Shown here piece after piece: positions 27,101-38,243 of a stretch of DNA of 64,000 nucleotides (position 1 is the first letter of the stretch; every line of letters starts with the position of its first letter). The position numbers were made by a program, and so were the translations under genes. Source of the DNA: Trichoplax adhaerens (taxonomy: Eukaryota > Animalia > Placozoa); assembly GCF_000150275.1 (NCBI RefSeq), contig NW_002060949.1, positions 4,222,449 to 4,286,448 on the forward strand. Reading direction: 5' to 3'. Under the pieces are notes generated by a model that was not told the DNA's origin, did not search any database, and was given only the letters and a program-made list of their open reading frames with translations.

Positions 27101-30100
27101 CAGTTTTCATTTCTCTAGTAATCAAAATTAATTATATTGACTGTAGGAGATAGAAAAGCTAACAGCTGAGGCGATAGAAAAGTGTGCTACCTGCAATGCT
27201 GTAGAAATTAAAGATAGATATGCTTCCAATAAGATTCATTATATTTGTCCAGCCCATACTTTGGCTATTGCTGGAAATGATCAAAATTTGGAAGAATTCC
27301 CTTCGGATACAATATTGTCACTGAATAAATTATGCAATATGAAAATGTATAATAATAAAATCGCCGAAATACCAGAGCAGGTCTTTCAGCAATTCTCGAC
27401 AACCTTAACTAATATTAATTTCAGTGGTAATAAATTAAAGGAACTGCCACTGGGAATGAAATGTCTAAAGAATATTCAACAGATATTTATAGGGTATAAC
27501 GAAATTACCAATATTCCAGAAGGGTTGCTTAGCGCTTTTTCTGATAGCCTGATATCTCTCGACTTATCCTCAAATTTCATTCGTCGATTACCGGATGATA
27601 TCGGAACATTAACCAACTTAAAAATGCTTAATTTAGCTTACAACCCCATTGATCAGTTAAGCAATAATATTGGCCAATTGAAATCATTGGAGGCTTTAAA
27701 TCTTACTGGTCACACTTTAACTTACTTGCCTGATACATTTTCCTCCTTGCAAAATTTGTCAAAACTGTCTCTTAATGGAGTGCCATGGATTCAAGTAACA
27801 TCGCAAGATTATTTGCATAATAAAATAATTACTAAAGAGACTATTGTAGATCTGTTGATGCATCCATCAGAACACGTAAAGGTTAATGCTTACACGAAAG
27901 AGGTAGGATATTTTCGGTTAACGAAAATTCGAGACGTAGATTAGGTCTAATTATAATTCTTTTTAAGATTAATTTTTAGTTATACACTAAACTGTTTGTT
28001 GTATTATTTAGCAAATTGAAAGTTTATTCGATGAATGTGATACCAATGCCAACGGTATCTTGGATACACAAGAAATGATTAATCTAAATGCAAAGTTATA
28101 TCTTAGCTTTCCTCGATTACAAGGCAGGAAAGAAAATGAAGAAAATGAAGGGAGTTTTCTGAAGAATCTTCAAAACTTTACGAAGTTAAAAGAGTTACAC
28201 CTGACGCACTTAGCGCTCTCCACCATCTCAGAAGAAGCTATAAGCAATTTAACCAGTTTAATCAATCTTAATTTATCTGATAATCCTAAACTAACTTCAT
28301 TGCCTGGTGTTATATCCATGTTACCGCTAAAAGAATTATCGTTACGGGGAACACACAGTCTAAAGACACCGCCACCAGAAATCAAAAATCGTGGGTTTCA
28401 AGCCATTATGGGATATCTAAAACGTTTACTGACTGGCTCCGTTGAGTGTAAAAGAACAAAGTTAATGATGGTTGGCTTAGGAGGCGCTGGAAAGACAAGG
28501 TTAGCAGGCAATGATTATTAATTAAAGAGTATCAAATGTCCTTTAGTATCTTTTAGAGTAGTTATTAAAAATTGACATCAATTTATTGCCATCAACCAAT
28601 TTTTGAAGATGGCTTGGGCTATTATGTATAACTTATTGCTGAAATTTAGTTTAACTGTAATTGATCATCGGTTTAATGATGAAATTTTTTACGCTACTTT
28701 AAGCTTGGTAGAAGCTTTGTTATCACCATATGGCCAAATATATGAGTCTGAAGCAGAAAGAGAAATCACAGATGGAATTGATATTGATACTTGGACAGTT
28801 AAAACTGATGAAGGCAGAATTGAATACAGTATATGGGACTTTGCTGGTCAAACATTGTACTACAACACTCACCAGGTAAAATTGATATCTTTGCCTACTT
28901 TATGTCCTAAGATTTAAGTTTTAATTCTGTAAATTTATCAAAACTTTCGCTAGAATAAAAATTAAGTACTTAAACTATTATTAACACCCGAAGTATCCAC
29001 ATTTCTCGTGTAGTTTTTCCTTTCCGATCGTGCTGTCTATTTCTTGGTATGGAATACGCGCTTAGGTCATGAACATGCTGGTTTAGATTTCTGGCTAAGT
29101 TCGATAGCTTGTCACGCTCCTAAAGCACCAGTTTTTGTCATTGGAACTCATTGCGATATGGTAGATTGCTTATAAGCTTAACATGATTTCATATCGTGTT
29201 GAATTGATTTTATTGGTCTTTTTCTGAGAGTCAAAATAAATTACAGTTATACATAAGCTTTGTTCCTCGTCATTGAGGAGTTATAAATAGGCGTAATTTC
29301 TATTAGATTTAAAGATCAGTTAACCTTGCCGTAGTGAAATATTTCCCTAAATGATCCTGTAATTAAGATTAATTATATCTTATCCCGCAGGTTTCTGTCA
29401 CTGAATTACCTGAAGAGGTCATGAAAAATCGATATCAGCAAATTGTAGGATTTCATTACGTTAGCTCATTTGTTGGCACGGTAAAGAACACGATTTTGCT
29501 TTCCTTTGAATGCAACTTGCAATCAGAAATCAATCTAATTTCCCATCAAATGATACTTAAGACCTGTTTATAAATGAATCTCTAGGGCATACCCAAATTG
29601 AAAGATTGTTTAATAAAAGAAACGCTACAACAAAAGTATATGGGAGAAAAAATTCCTCAAGTTTGGCTAAATTTAGAGAAAGCAATATTAGAGTATGTAA
29701 ATTAAATTATATGCTAGTAATTGTTTTACTTTTTGGCTACCTTTTATCTTTTATTATGAGATACTAGATAGCTTTAACATAAAGTTATGTTTACTGTTCA
29801 TTATCAAAGCTGGATAGCTTTATTAATTAATATTATACAAATATATAATACCTTTATAATTGTATTATTACGGCTGTCTATAGTTTTATAATTATAGAGC
29901 ATTTATGCCAAAATAGTAATTTTCAAATATATGAAAATTGGACTGGTTCCATAATACTATACAGTTATACGCGTATTCTAGATTAATTTACCTAATCACT
30001 ATCGCTTAGGTAATTACTATCTTCCTTAGTTTAGGCTTGAATAATCTTAACTAATCCTAATTATGCTTGAAATTAGGAAAGGAAATACAGTCAAAGTGCT

Positions 30101-33100
30101 TACCTGGAATGAAGTTACTGAAATTGCCAGTTCAATAGGAATATTTGACAATACGGAGGTATTTTATTCCCATAAATAAACCCTTCCACATTTTATTTAT
30201 ATAAAATAATTATGATATTATTCTCATTATTACATCATGTCTACCGTAATAAAGCTAGCAAATAAGGTATCTAATTCGCCTTAAAAATATATCTGGTTTT
30301 GCATCTTTATGATTGATAGTTAAGACAGGCTATCGGATTTCTCCATGATCTTGGCTCTGTACAACATTTTAATAATATAGCGCTAAGAGATAGAGTTGTC
30401 ATCGATCCACAGTGGATTGTTGATGCAATGGCTTGTGTAGTCTCAGTTCACGAAACACCTATTAAGGTAATTGGTATATACTTATACTATACAGTTACAG
30501 ATGCCATAAATTATTAAGTAAGCAGGATATATTATCATAATATCAGCCTGCTGTAAAAGAAACTATAACTAAATCTCCTCACCAATATGATTTTTATTGG
30601 TCCACAGGAAGGAAAGTTTAAACATTCCGACATGGCCAAAATATGGAAACAGTATGATAAACAGCATCACCAATGGTTATTGAAATTGACAGAACAATTT
30701 GATTTAAGTTATGCTTTACCCAAACAAGATGTTAATCTTGTTCCATGCTTGTTACCAGGAACTGAACCTAAGGTATAAAGATCTTTCTATTCTTACCATT
30801 AAATTATATCTTGCTTATCCAAGAATATCTCAAGTAACATCGTCTATTTCAGTTTGATTGGATTGAAGACATTGATAATAGTAATATCAAAGCGACGAAG
30901 ATGAAATACATATTCGAATATTTACCAGCAGGACTTTTTAATCGTGTACAGGTCAAGATATTAACGAAAATGTAATATAATTTTGATAAATATTCGTTTC
31001 TAAAATCATCCTCTACAATTATATTCTGCAGGTCAGGCTATGTAAATTTACTGACAATCAAGTTATATGGAAAACTGGATCTTTATTAGTGAAGAATGAA
31101 AACAAGGCCGTAATGAAGCAGTTACGGTAAAAAATGGAGTTGATATTTTAGTTATCTAAGTCCTTAAAATAAAAATTTTCTTAATTGTATTCAAACGAAA
31201 CGTCATAATTGAAACTTATGACCGAGTAACTAAGTACTCGTATATGATGCATTCGGCTGTACAATATTTTATTCAGAATTACTGTATATATTTAATTTCA
31301 TGATGTATGCAGTTGTAAAGTTATGTATATCGTATATTTTTAGGAATACCGATAACCTATTGATAGAAGTTCGCGGTATATCACCTAATAATCTTCTCTT
31401 CCTGATACATGAAATCTTGGAATCGCTAATAGCAGAAGCTTTTCATGGTATCTCATATGAATATGAGGTGCCATGTATAGATTGCTTGAATCAGGTACCA
31501 GATAAAGACTTTAAATTGTTTTAAATAGAGTGTGTTATAAATATATGTATTGTGTCTCTGTTGAAAAAATTGACATAAAATTGTTATGGGGTCATCGCTT
31601 AGGGTTCACGAGATCCTTCCATGTTCAGATCAACAAGAATACGACGAGCTTCCGAACTAAAAGCTGCGTTTTTGCAATGCGAACACAACTTTCATAGTGT
31701 ATCAATACATGAACTGCAATGTAAGTACAAATCTAATATTAAATTACTTGCAATTTATGATCATCTTATGCTATAATATCAGTAGCGATTTAGCTGCTGT
31801 ATTAGTCTACAATAATAATTTTAACATAGTACGACATAAAATTGATTACGACATCTTAGTGATATTTATAGCAATTACATTACAATTATTTTCCTTCTGA
31901 TCTGCCTAGCTGTTATTCCACCGGAATCCCCAAATGAATTTGACTTACATTTAAGGAATTCAATGCGAACTTTGACGAATCTTTCCGCTAGTTACGAATT
32001 AGATGCTTATATAAGTACTTTAGATAGTGATACTGGTGTACCAGCAAGGATTTACAATGATTTATGTTCAAAAGGATATTCTTGGTCAGTAGGATTTCCG
32101 TGGAATTACTATCGCCTATAGGAATATTTATGCTAAAGGCATCTTCGCAAGAAAATATGTATATTAAATTTCCGGATATGTTTCTTATCTTTTTTTCACA
32201 GTTATCGAAAGCAATCTGAAAGCGGCAGTCAAGATGCAGATTTTTTGGCTATTAAACAGTCTAATGTACGTGTTAATGATTCATTTTAAGATCAGTTACA
32301 ATATTCTGGAAATATAAATAATTGGCAAGAGTAACTTTACAAATCCCTATGAGACGTAAATTCCAGTAAACAATGCTTATTAATTATCATATAATAAATT
32401 AGTATAAATAGAAAAACTGATACGTTGGAAAACTTTAATTAACTACGTTACTAATACTCCTACTAATGACTCTGCTCAACCAAAGATTGTCATAATCTGT
32501 ATGACGGATGAATACATTAAAGATGAAAAATGTCGCTTGGAATTGAGCCACATCACAGCATTCTTGCGGAAACCTATTGCACTCGTTATTATCAATAATA
32601 GCTGGGAATGGAAAACAGATAGTATAGGCATGTTGATGGCTGACGAAGTAAGTTATAATTTGAAATTGATCTTACTTATCGAGCTTTCTGATCGTGTTTT
32701 CACTTTTTGATATCATTTTCCTTATTTATAAATTCTCTGACTATAAAATTAAAGGTATACATCGACATGTCAGACCTTGATAAGTATGATATCAAATTTG
32801 ATGAACTTGATAATCGAATTAAATTACACGACAAACGTAATCGCCAGGTAGACCAATAACTGCCGCAGTGTTCATTAGCATACCGTATCATTCTCTTTGA
32901 TGATCATATTTATAGTAAAAGCCATCGATGTTAATGCCAAAGTTAAATTATTTACATTAAATAGAGTTTATTACTATTGGTACAATTAGGTGAACTATGG
33001 TGATTGTTTCATTAGTTATTCATGGTCAAATTCAGAGCTAGCGTGCAAATTAGGGACGGTTCCATTACCTGGAGCTATTGGAAGAGGTTATAAATCTTTC

Positions 33101-36100
33101 TCTATATCTATTTTTTTATTGAACTCACAGCCACTGGTATTGCCTTAAATAAGATCTTAGTTAGTTATCCTTACACTGTATATTAAATCCTTATACATTC
33201 TTTTGTGTTTGATATCAATTCTTTATTATAGGAGATCCAAGGCAGTTAAAGGAACAGATTGAAGAAAGGGGCATTTCATGTTGGATTGATGTTAATAATG
33301 TCGGGAAGGTATATTAACCTGTGGATGGAGTAATGCTATAGCTAATGGTATTATGCAAGAATAAAAATTGCGATAAAAGCCCCCAATATCTTTTTTGCTA
33401 GACCGGTCTATTCGAAGATATTGCTGCTGGATTACAACAAGCCAAGGTTATGGTAGCCTGCGTTTCAGATGAAGTTAGTACTTCGTCATTGCTTACTTCA
33501 AATACAGCTAATTAATTTCAACTTATATTGCTATTATTGTAACTGTTGAGGTACTGATTGAGGGGATGTTAAAAGGCTTACAATTTTTAATTATTACCAT
33601 TGACTACTGATAGATAGAATTGAATAGCTATGTACAATAAAGGCGTAGTGTTCAGTAAGGACTACTTCCAATTCCTCAAAATACCCTGTTAAGATCAATA
33701 GTAATCTAGCATGATACTACAGTAAACTTATGATAGTCTTACAGAATGTTTAAGAATTGCATACTTACTTTGTTTTATTGCGTTTACTCTTGAAATATAG
33801 TATGTAAAATCCAGAAATTGTCTCATGGAATTCCGCTTTGCTCTAAATAGTTTAAAATTACCAGTTATTTTAGCAGTTGTTGGCACCGGTTACCAATGGT
33901 TGTCGACAGAGGTAAAAAAAAATGGCAGAATACCCTGTTAAAGGAACTACCAGAATATTAGATATAAAATTGCTATGATATTCAGTAACATTTTATGCCA
34001 GCAAGTATTCTTGAAATATCCTAGATTATCTAAGATTTTACATTTTCGAGGAATTAAAAAATTCTTTCACTTTTTTTCACTTTAGGTCGGAATGCTTAGT
34101 ATAAGCTTGCCAAAGGTATTTTACTTCTTGATTGTTTATATACTTATGCTGTAAATACATTACTTAAATTGGGGCTATCTAATTTAACTTTTGGTATTTC
34201 TCAATTTTTAGATTAATTTACAGGATGATGCAAGCGAGGATAAAGTCAATCAAATAACCAAATACATACAAGAAGAAATTAGAATATCTGATAAATCTAA
34301 AGATACCGCGGAAGCAAATACTACAGAAGATACGCTAGAAATGAAGCATTTACAATTTCTGGTATGGATGAATAAAAAATAATATGAACAGTACCAAATT
34401 AAGTTAATAGCCAATATTCTCTTAGGTGAAATCAATCTTACTATAACCATTTCAGTCGAGTCATGTAATATGTATCACAACATTTTTTATTCTATCCATA
34501 ACCTATAGGAACTCTTGGAACTGGCTCAAAGAAATCTTTTAAGGCAGATAACCAATATCGCTGATAGTATTTTATCTACTCCAAAACCTCGATTATTAAT
34601 TCTTGATTGGAAAGTGGAAGAAACGACTTTAAGTCAGGAAGAGCAAGAAGGACTAAAGGTTTCAATAAAATTAGAATATCATAAAGCATTAAAATTATTT
34701 TATTTCACTAGGAAACGAATAATTCCTACAATTAGTTAATTACAATAATATTTGCTATTTGTGATCTCATCTTTTAGGATCCTGATTTGGGATTTTACGT
34801 AGACAACAAAGTATTTTTTGTCAAATTTTTGTGTGAGCATGAGGAGGTTAGATGATAATAAATATTTTTGGTTAGGTGTTTACTAGATACTGCTGGTAAT
34901 GACTTGTAAAAAGCAAATAGACAAACACATGTGTTCAAATTGAAAATTCTAAAAATGCGATGTTAATATAATTTAGGGATGGCATTTGCCAGCAGGAAAT
35001 TTCGAATATTTCAGTTTTGGAAATATTACCGATGTGAAAGAAGCAGCAAAAGCTATTTCTGGTTATATCGCGCGTGTTATGTCATTGATACAACATAAGG
35101 AGTTGGAAATTAAAAGTGTTGCTGGCATCGAGGGAGAGGCTTTTATTGATTTCCTTGTAAAGGTGCCGTATGGATTACTGTACTGTGATTGAACTGATTT
35201 AGCAGCTTTGAGTAGACGTGAGATAGAGTATTGTGTTTTCAACATTATATTGATTTGATTTGTACGAGTGAATTTATTACTATCTTCGAATGAATCTCGG
35301 TTTATAAGTTTAGATTCTTTCAATACTACAGCTAAAGTTAAATAGATTCTATGCTTGTATATTATAACATACTGATATGCAAAGCGGAATTAAAATGTTG
35401 GGTATTTAATTGATAATAGCAATTTAATATTCATATAAGCGTATATACGTTTACTAACAGTGAACTCATAATTTTATAAATACATATATATATATTTGCT
35501 ATTTGATAGCTTGCTGAATCATCTGATGCTGGTATAATGGAATCATATCAAGAGTTATCGGAATTTCTAAATGAGATTAGCTGGCCAGTTGCTAATAGTG
35601 GACTTTTGAGGTACTCAGAGATGATACATAATGTACTTGATAGTTACCGTTTTTGTGTCTAGGAAATGGTTAGAGGGTACTACCAACGTATTTTTTTTTC
35701 ATAGAAGGAGTAGCATTATTACGATGAAAATTTTATTGCTCTTATTTGTGTTACTGTAGAGTATATAATATTATACTCTCCTTTATATTTATATCCAAAG
35801 CTATATAAAATTATTTTCAATAGGTGTCAATTACCGAACGGGAAGGTATCATGGCTTTGCCGAGAGCATTTACAGAGTACAGGAGCGACGGTCATGGATG
35901 ATTCTAGTGCCTATATTATTGCAGATCCAGGTCTTGGCTCATTGCCTTTGGAAATTCATGAATCGTCCGAAATTGAAACACGAAGGGATAGCAACGATGA
36001 TAAGCGAGTGTATGAAGAAGATGATGATATCAGTAGCGTCGATAAACAAGAGAACGAAGAAGGTTCTCACTCTGTCGATGAGGCGGTTAACGATTCAGCG

Positions 36101-36637
36101 AAAGAAATAACCACAGTTAGTCCTTTTGAAAATAGTAATGAAAAGAGAGATAGTGAACCTTTAGTGACCCAGGAAGAATATATCAAGGGGCAGCAAAATG
36201 AAGTAGAAAAATCAACTGTGGCGAAAGAAGATGATGATGTATCACCGGCAATGGATACTGCATTCGGTGATGATAATCAACCATCACAAGAGAATATGAG
36301 AAATCGCGAGGATGCATCACCACAGACTGAGAAAGATGAAATTGATAATTCATCGCCAGTAGAGGAGAAAGGCGAAAATGATCATTCATCGCCAATAGAG
36401 AAGAAAGATAAAATTGATAATTCGTCGCCAGTAGAGAAGAAAGATGGAAGTGATGATTCTATCTCAACCGGCAAGAAAAAATCGCTACCTGAAAACTTAC
36501 CCGAAGAATTAATTCAATCTACGGGAAAGCTCAGCCTCAATGATGCGCCCACAACTCCTAGTCCACCATTGAATCCTCCTGCTCCGTCTAATCCGACTAG
36601 AACAAGAAACGTTTCTAGGACTTGTATATTACTGTAA
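18135..36637 (+). CDS. Giant tandem ROCO protein: LRR-ROC(dead)-COR-Cys-rich-SPRY-MBT-CTD / LRR-EF-hand-LRR-ROC-COR-TIR-TIR-CTD-acidic tail-CaaX
   Basis: About 50 exons splice in frame from MFKAKKAKAKKK (18135) to RTCILL* (36637). The intact ROC has G1 GLGGAGKTS, G2 ITDGIDI, G3 WDFAGQ, THQFFLSDRAVY and G4 GTHCD; COR has FLHDLGSV..VIDPQW and LPAGLFNRVQVRL. The exon at 27147-27901 joins the end of cassette 1 to the LRRs of cassette 2 with no stop. Confidence 0.8.
18744..19321 (+). other. ROCO cassette 1: cysteine-containing (FBXL/AMN1-type) LRRs plus LRR-ROC linker
   Basis: LSAIGCVHLTDACALLIAKYCRNLKIINLDGCKNLTSKALDVLISQCEKLNDVSMKNCNLKRLP; linker LNLNGNPMAECHEDVFKADDALSIIRYL. Confidence 0.8.
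19489..22650 (+). other. ROCO cassette 1: degenerate ROC plus COR
   Basis: Colinear similarity to the intact ROC-COR of the same gene: RINVFGSEDSHKNF, TTVVNFG, HNHIFVTEGAINVIVIN, YPSSCFIIVLTYAR, GIEGVRQEII, MLHNSGELF..YFIPDLTWL, HHLWNDGLLF. Confidence 0.7.
23571..24461 (+). other. SPRY-like domain in ROCO cassette 1
   Basis: FQFTILD..FILGLVT..RPGLTDSSYSI..PGDQLSIIG..EIVFSRNG..YYPII matches the SPRY pattern (xPGW..SYGY / GDxIG / xFTKNG / LYPxV). Confidence 0.7.
24797..25245 (+). other. MBT (malignant brain tumour) repeat in ROCO cassette 1
   Basis: WEKGMRLEAKDRLNPSLMCVATVDDVNDNELLIHFDGWTRKYDYTCKSTSTDIHPIGWC..LEPPKG..FKWAQYLE..AVAAPVELF. Confidence 0.93.
27261..28440 (+). other. ROCO cassette 2: typical LRRs with an inserted EF-hand
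   Basis: LxxLxLxxNxLxxLP repeats; canonical 12-residue loop DTNANGILDTQE at 28039-28074; linker LKTPPPEIKNRGFQAIMGYLKRL. Confidence 0.9.
28450..31730 (+). other. ROCO cassette 2: intact ROC GTPase plus COR
   Basis: KLMMVGLGGAGKT|S, WDFAGQ, GTHCD, VSSFVGT|GIPKL, YMGEKIPQVWL, COR-A/B motifs, and the Cys/His cluster PCIDC..QCEHNFH. Confidence 0.95.
31995..34280 (+). other. Two tandem TIR (TIR_2/SARM-bacterial-like) domains
   Basis: TIR1: DAYIS..IVIICMTDEYIKDEKCRLEL..KPIALV..YIDM. TIR2: DCFISYSWSN..GISCWID..GLFEDIAAGLQQAKVMVACVSDEYVKSRNCLMEF..LPVILAVV. Confidence 0.85.
36329..36455 (+). repeat. Coding minisatellite, 36-bp (12-aa) unit, about 3.5 copies
   Basis: EKDEIDNSSPV-EEKGENDHSSPI-EKKDKIDNSSPV-EKKDGSDDS in the last ROCO exon. 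Confidence 0.85.
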
Positions 36638-37768
36638 TTTTTTTCTCTTTATCCGAATATGCAAAATAGTTTTTATTCATTAGAGTTATCATCACTCCCG
36701 TTTATTTCGTCTCCATATAGCCTACAGCTTCGACTAGCTTTTATCTTTTACTGATTTGATCAAATTTAATAGTTGTAATTAAAGCAAAATTTATAATTTT
36801 CTTATATAGGGTAAGCTCTATAATAGTGTGTTGTATTTGATCATGCAAAATTTCCATATTGTAGTTTTGTAGTATATAACATACACGTAGTACCGTATAA
36901 CTGTGTAGAGTATAGTATATCTCATCTATTTTACCTAGCTATCAAGTCCTGTATGTTGTGCAATTCTACGCGTACGTATCTAATAGGAAGTATTTTACAT
37001 CTCATTTTTGCTTATACTTGTATGCAAGTTTACATCTGTGAATAAATCAATTAATGCAATCGTCCATCTAAATATACAGAGTATCCTAAACATGTCTAGG
37101 CTATTGTAACTGTAACATGTTGATCATGGCAGTGCAATAGAGCGAAGGCTACCCAAAACTCTTTGCTAATAACGAACGCATACGCTATTGGTGAATTCTC
37201 TTCTCTGGTGATTTAATCTATTGGATAAAATTGAGCGGCTAATGCATGAATTAATCGTTTAGTATATCTTATAATTTTCTGCATGGGTCTGTGTGAATGC
37301 TACCTAGTGCTCTTCACCACTTTGCATTCTAGTCTACGATGTCGATGATATACTGTATTTAGAGGTAGAAAAAGATGACAAAAGTTATTCACTGTCAGTA
37401 TCAGTTTGGCTTTAGGCATGGGCTACTAAGAGAAAATGTGGTTTCCTTTTAGTAGTTTATACTTTGGCTTATAGTGTATATTAGTCTCTTTTTACTGTTA
37501 TCTTTGTATTCTAAACTATTTGGTTGTAATCCATTCGTAAAGAATCAACATACGTAGAGGTAAGATTTTCTTGGGTATTTTCTTTTACCTCTACCGTGAC
37601 CTAATATGATTACCTACTATGATTACTTTATTAGGAATAGTTCAGGCACTACTAGGTGGACAATTTGACGCGTCTGATGACTTGTATAATCCTTAGATTG
37701 TGAAACTCTGGCTGTATACCTTATTATACATTTTAGCCAATATACTCGTATACTATTTGATTTATTGT

Positions 37769-38067
37769 GATCAATTTATGATTGCGAAATACTGATGGTC
37801 AAATGTGTAGAACAGCAGAAAGAAAGGGTAGTGGCAGTGACCATTGCATTCGTTCCAGAAATCTTCCATTGCGGTTAGGTACTCTATCCTACTCTGCAGT
37901 GTAACTCTTACCATAGATCCTACAGTAGTGTACATTTAGTACTATTATAAACGATCAATTTATGATTGCCAAATGCTGATGGTCACAGCCAAATGTGTAG
38001 AATAGCAGAAAGAAATTCCATTGGTTACAGAAATCTTCCATTGCGCTTTGCAGTGGAACTCTTACCA
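37769..38067. repeat. Imperfect direct duplication (37769-37913 and 37953-38067)
   Basis: Both copies read GATCAATTTATGATTGC.AAAT.CTGATGGTC..AAATGTGTAGAA.AGCAGAAAGAAA..CAGAAATCTTCCATTGCG..TGCAGTG.AACTCTTACCA. Confidence 0.88.
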
Positions 38068-38243
38068 GAGTTCCTTCACCAGTATCCTCTCAGTAAAGTA
38101 TGAGATGGGCACGGACTTTTTGTACAGACGGATGCGTTCTTATTGCATCCTATTATACAGTACAGTACTGTACAGTACACTAGACGTACAGTACTGTTCA
38201 CTACCATAAGTAGTACTGTACAGTGTACAGTACTGAAGACGGT

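Noticed and set aside
18135-27146. Treating the 5' half as separate FBXL-like and L3MBTL-like genes
   Set aside because: No F-box or SAM domain, no internal stop or start, and phase-compatible splicing links LRR, ROC-COR-like, SPRY, MBT and the second cassette.
28450-36637. Calling the ROCO gene LRRK1/LRRK2
   Set aside because: No kinase motifs (HRD/DFG-type) or WD40 after COR; TIR domains occupy that position.
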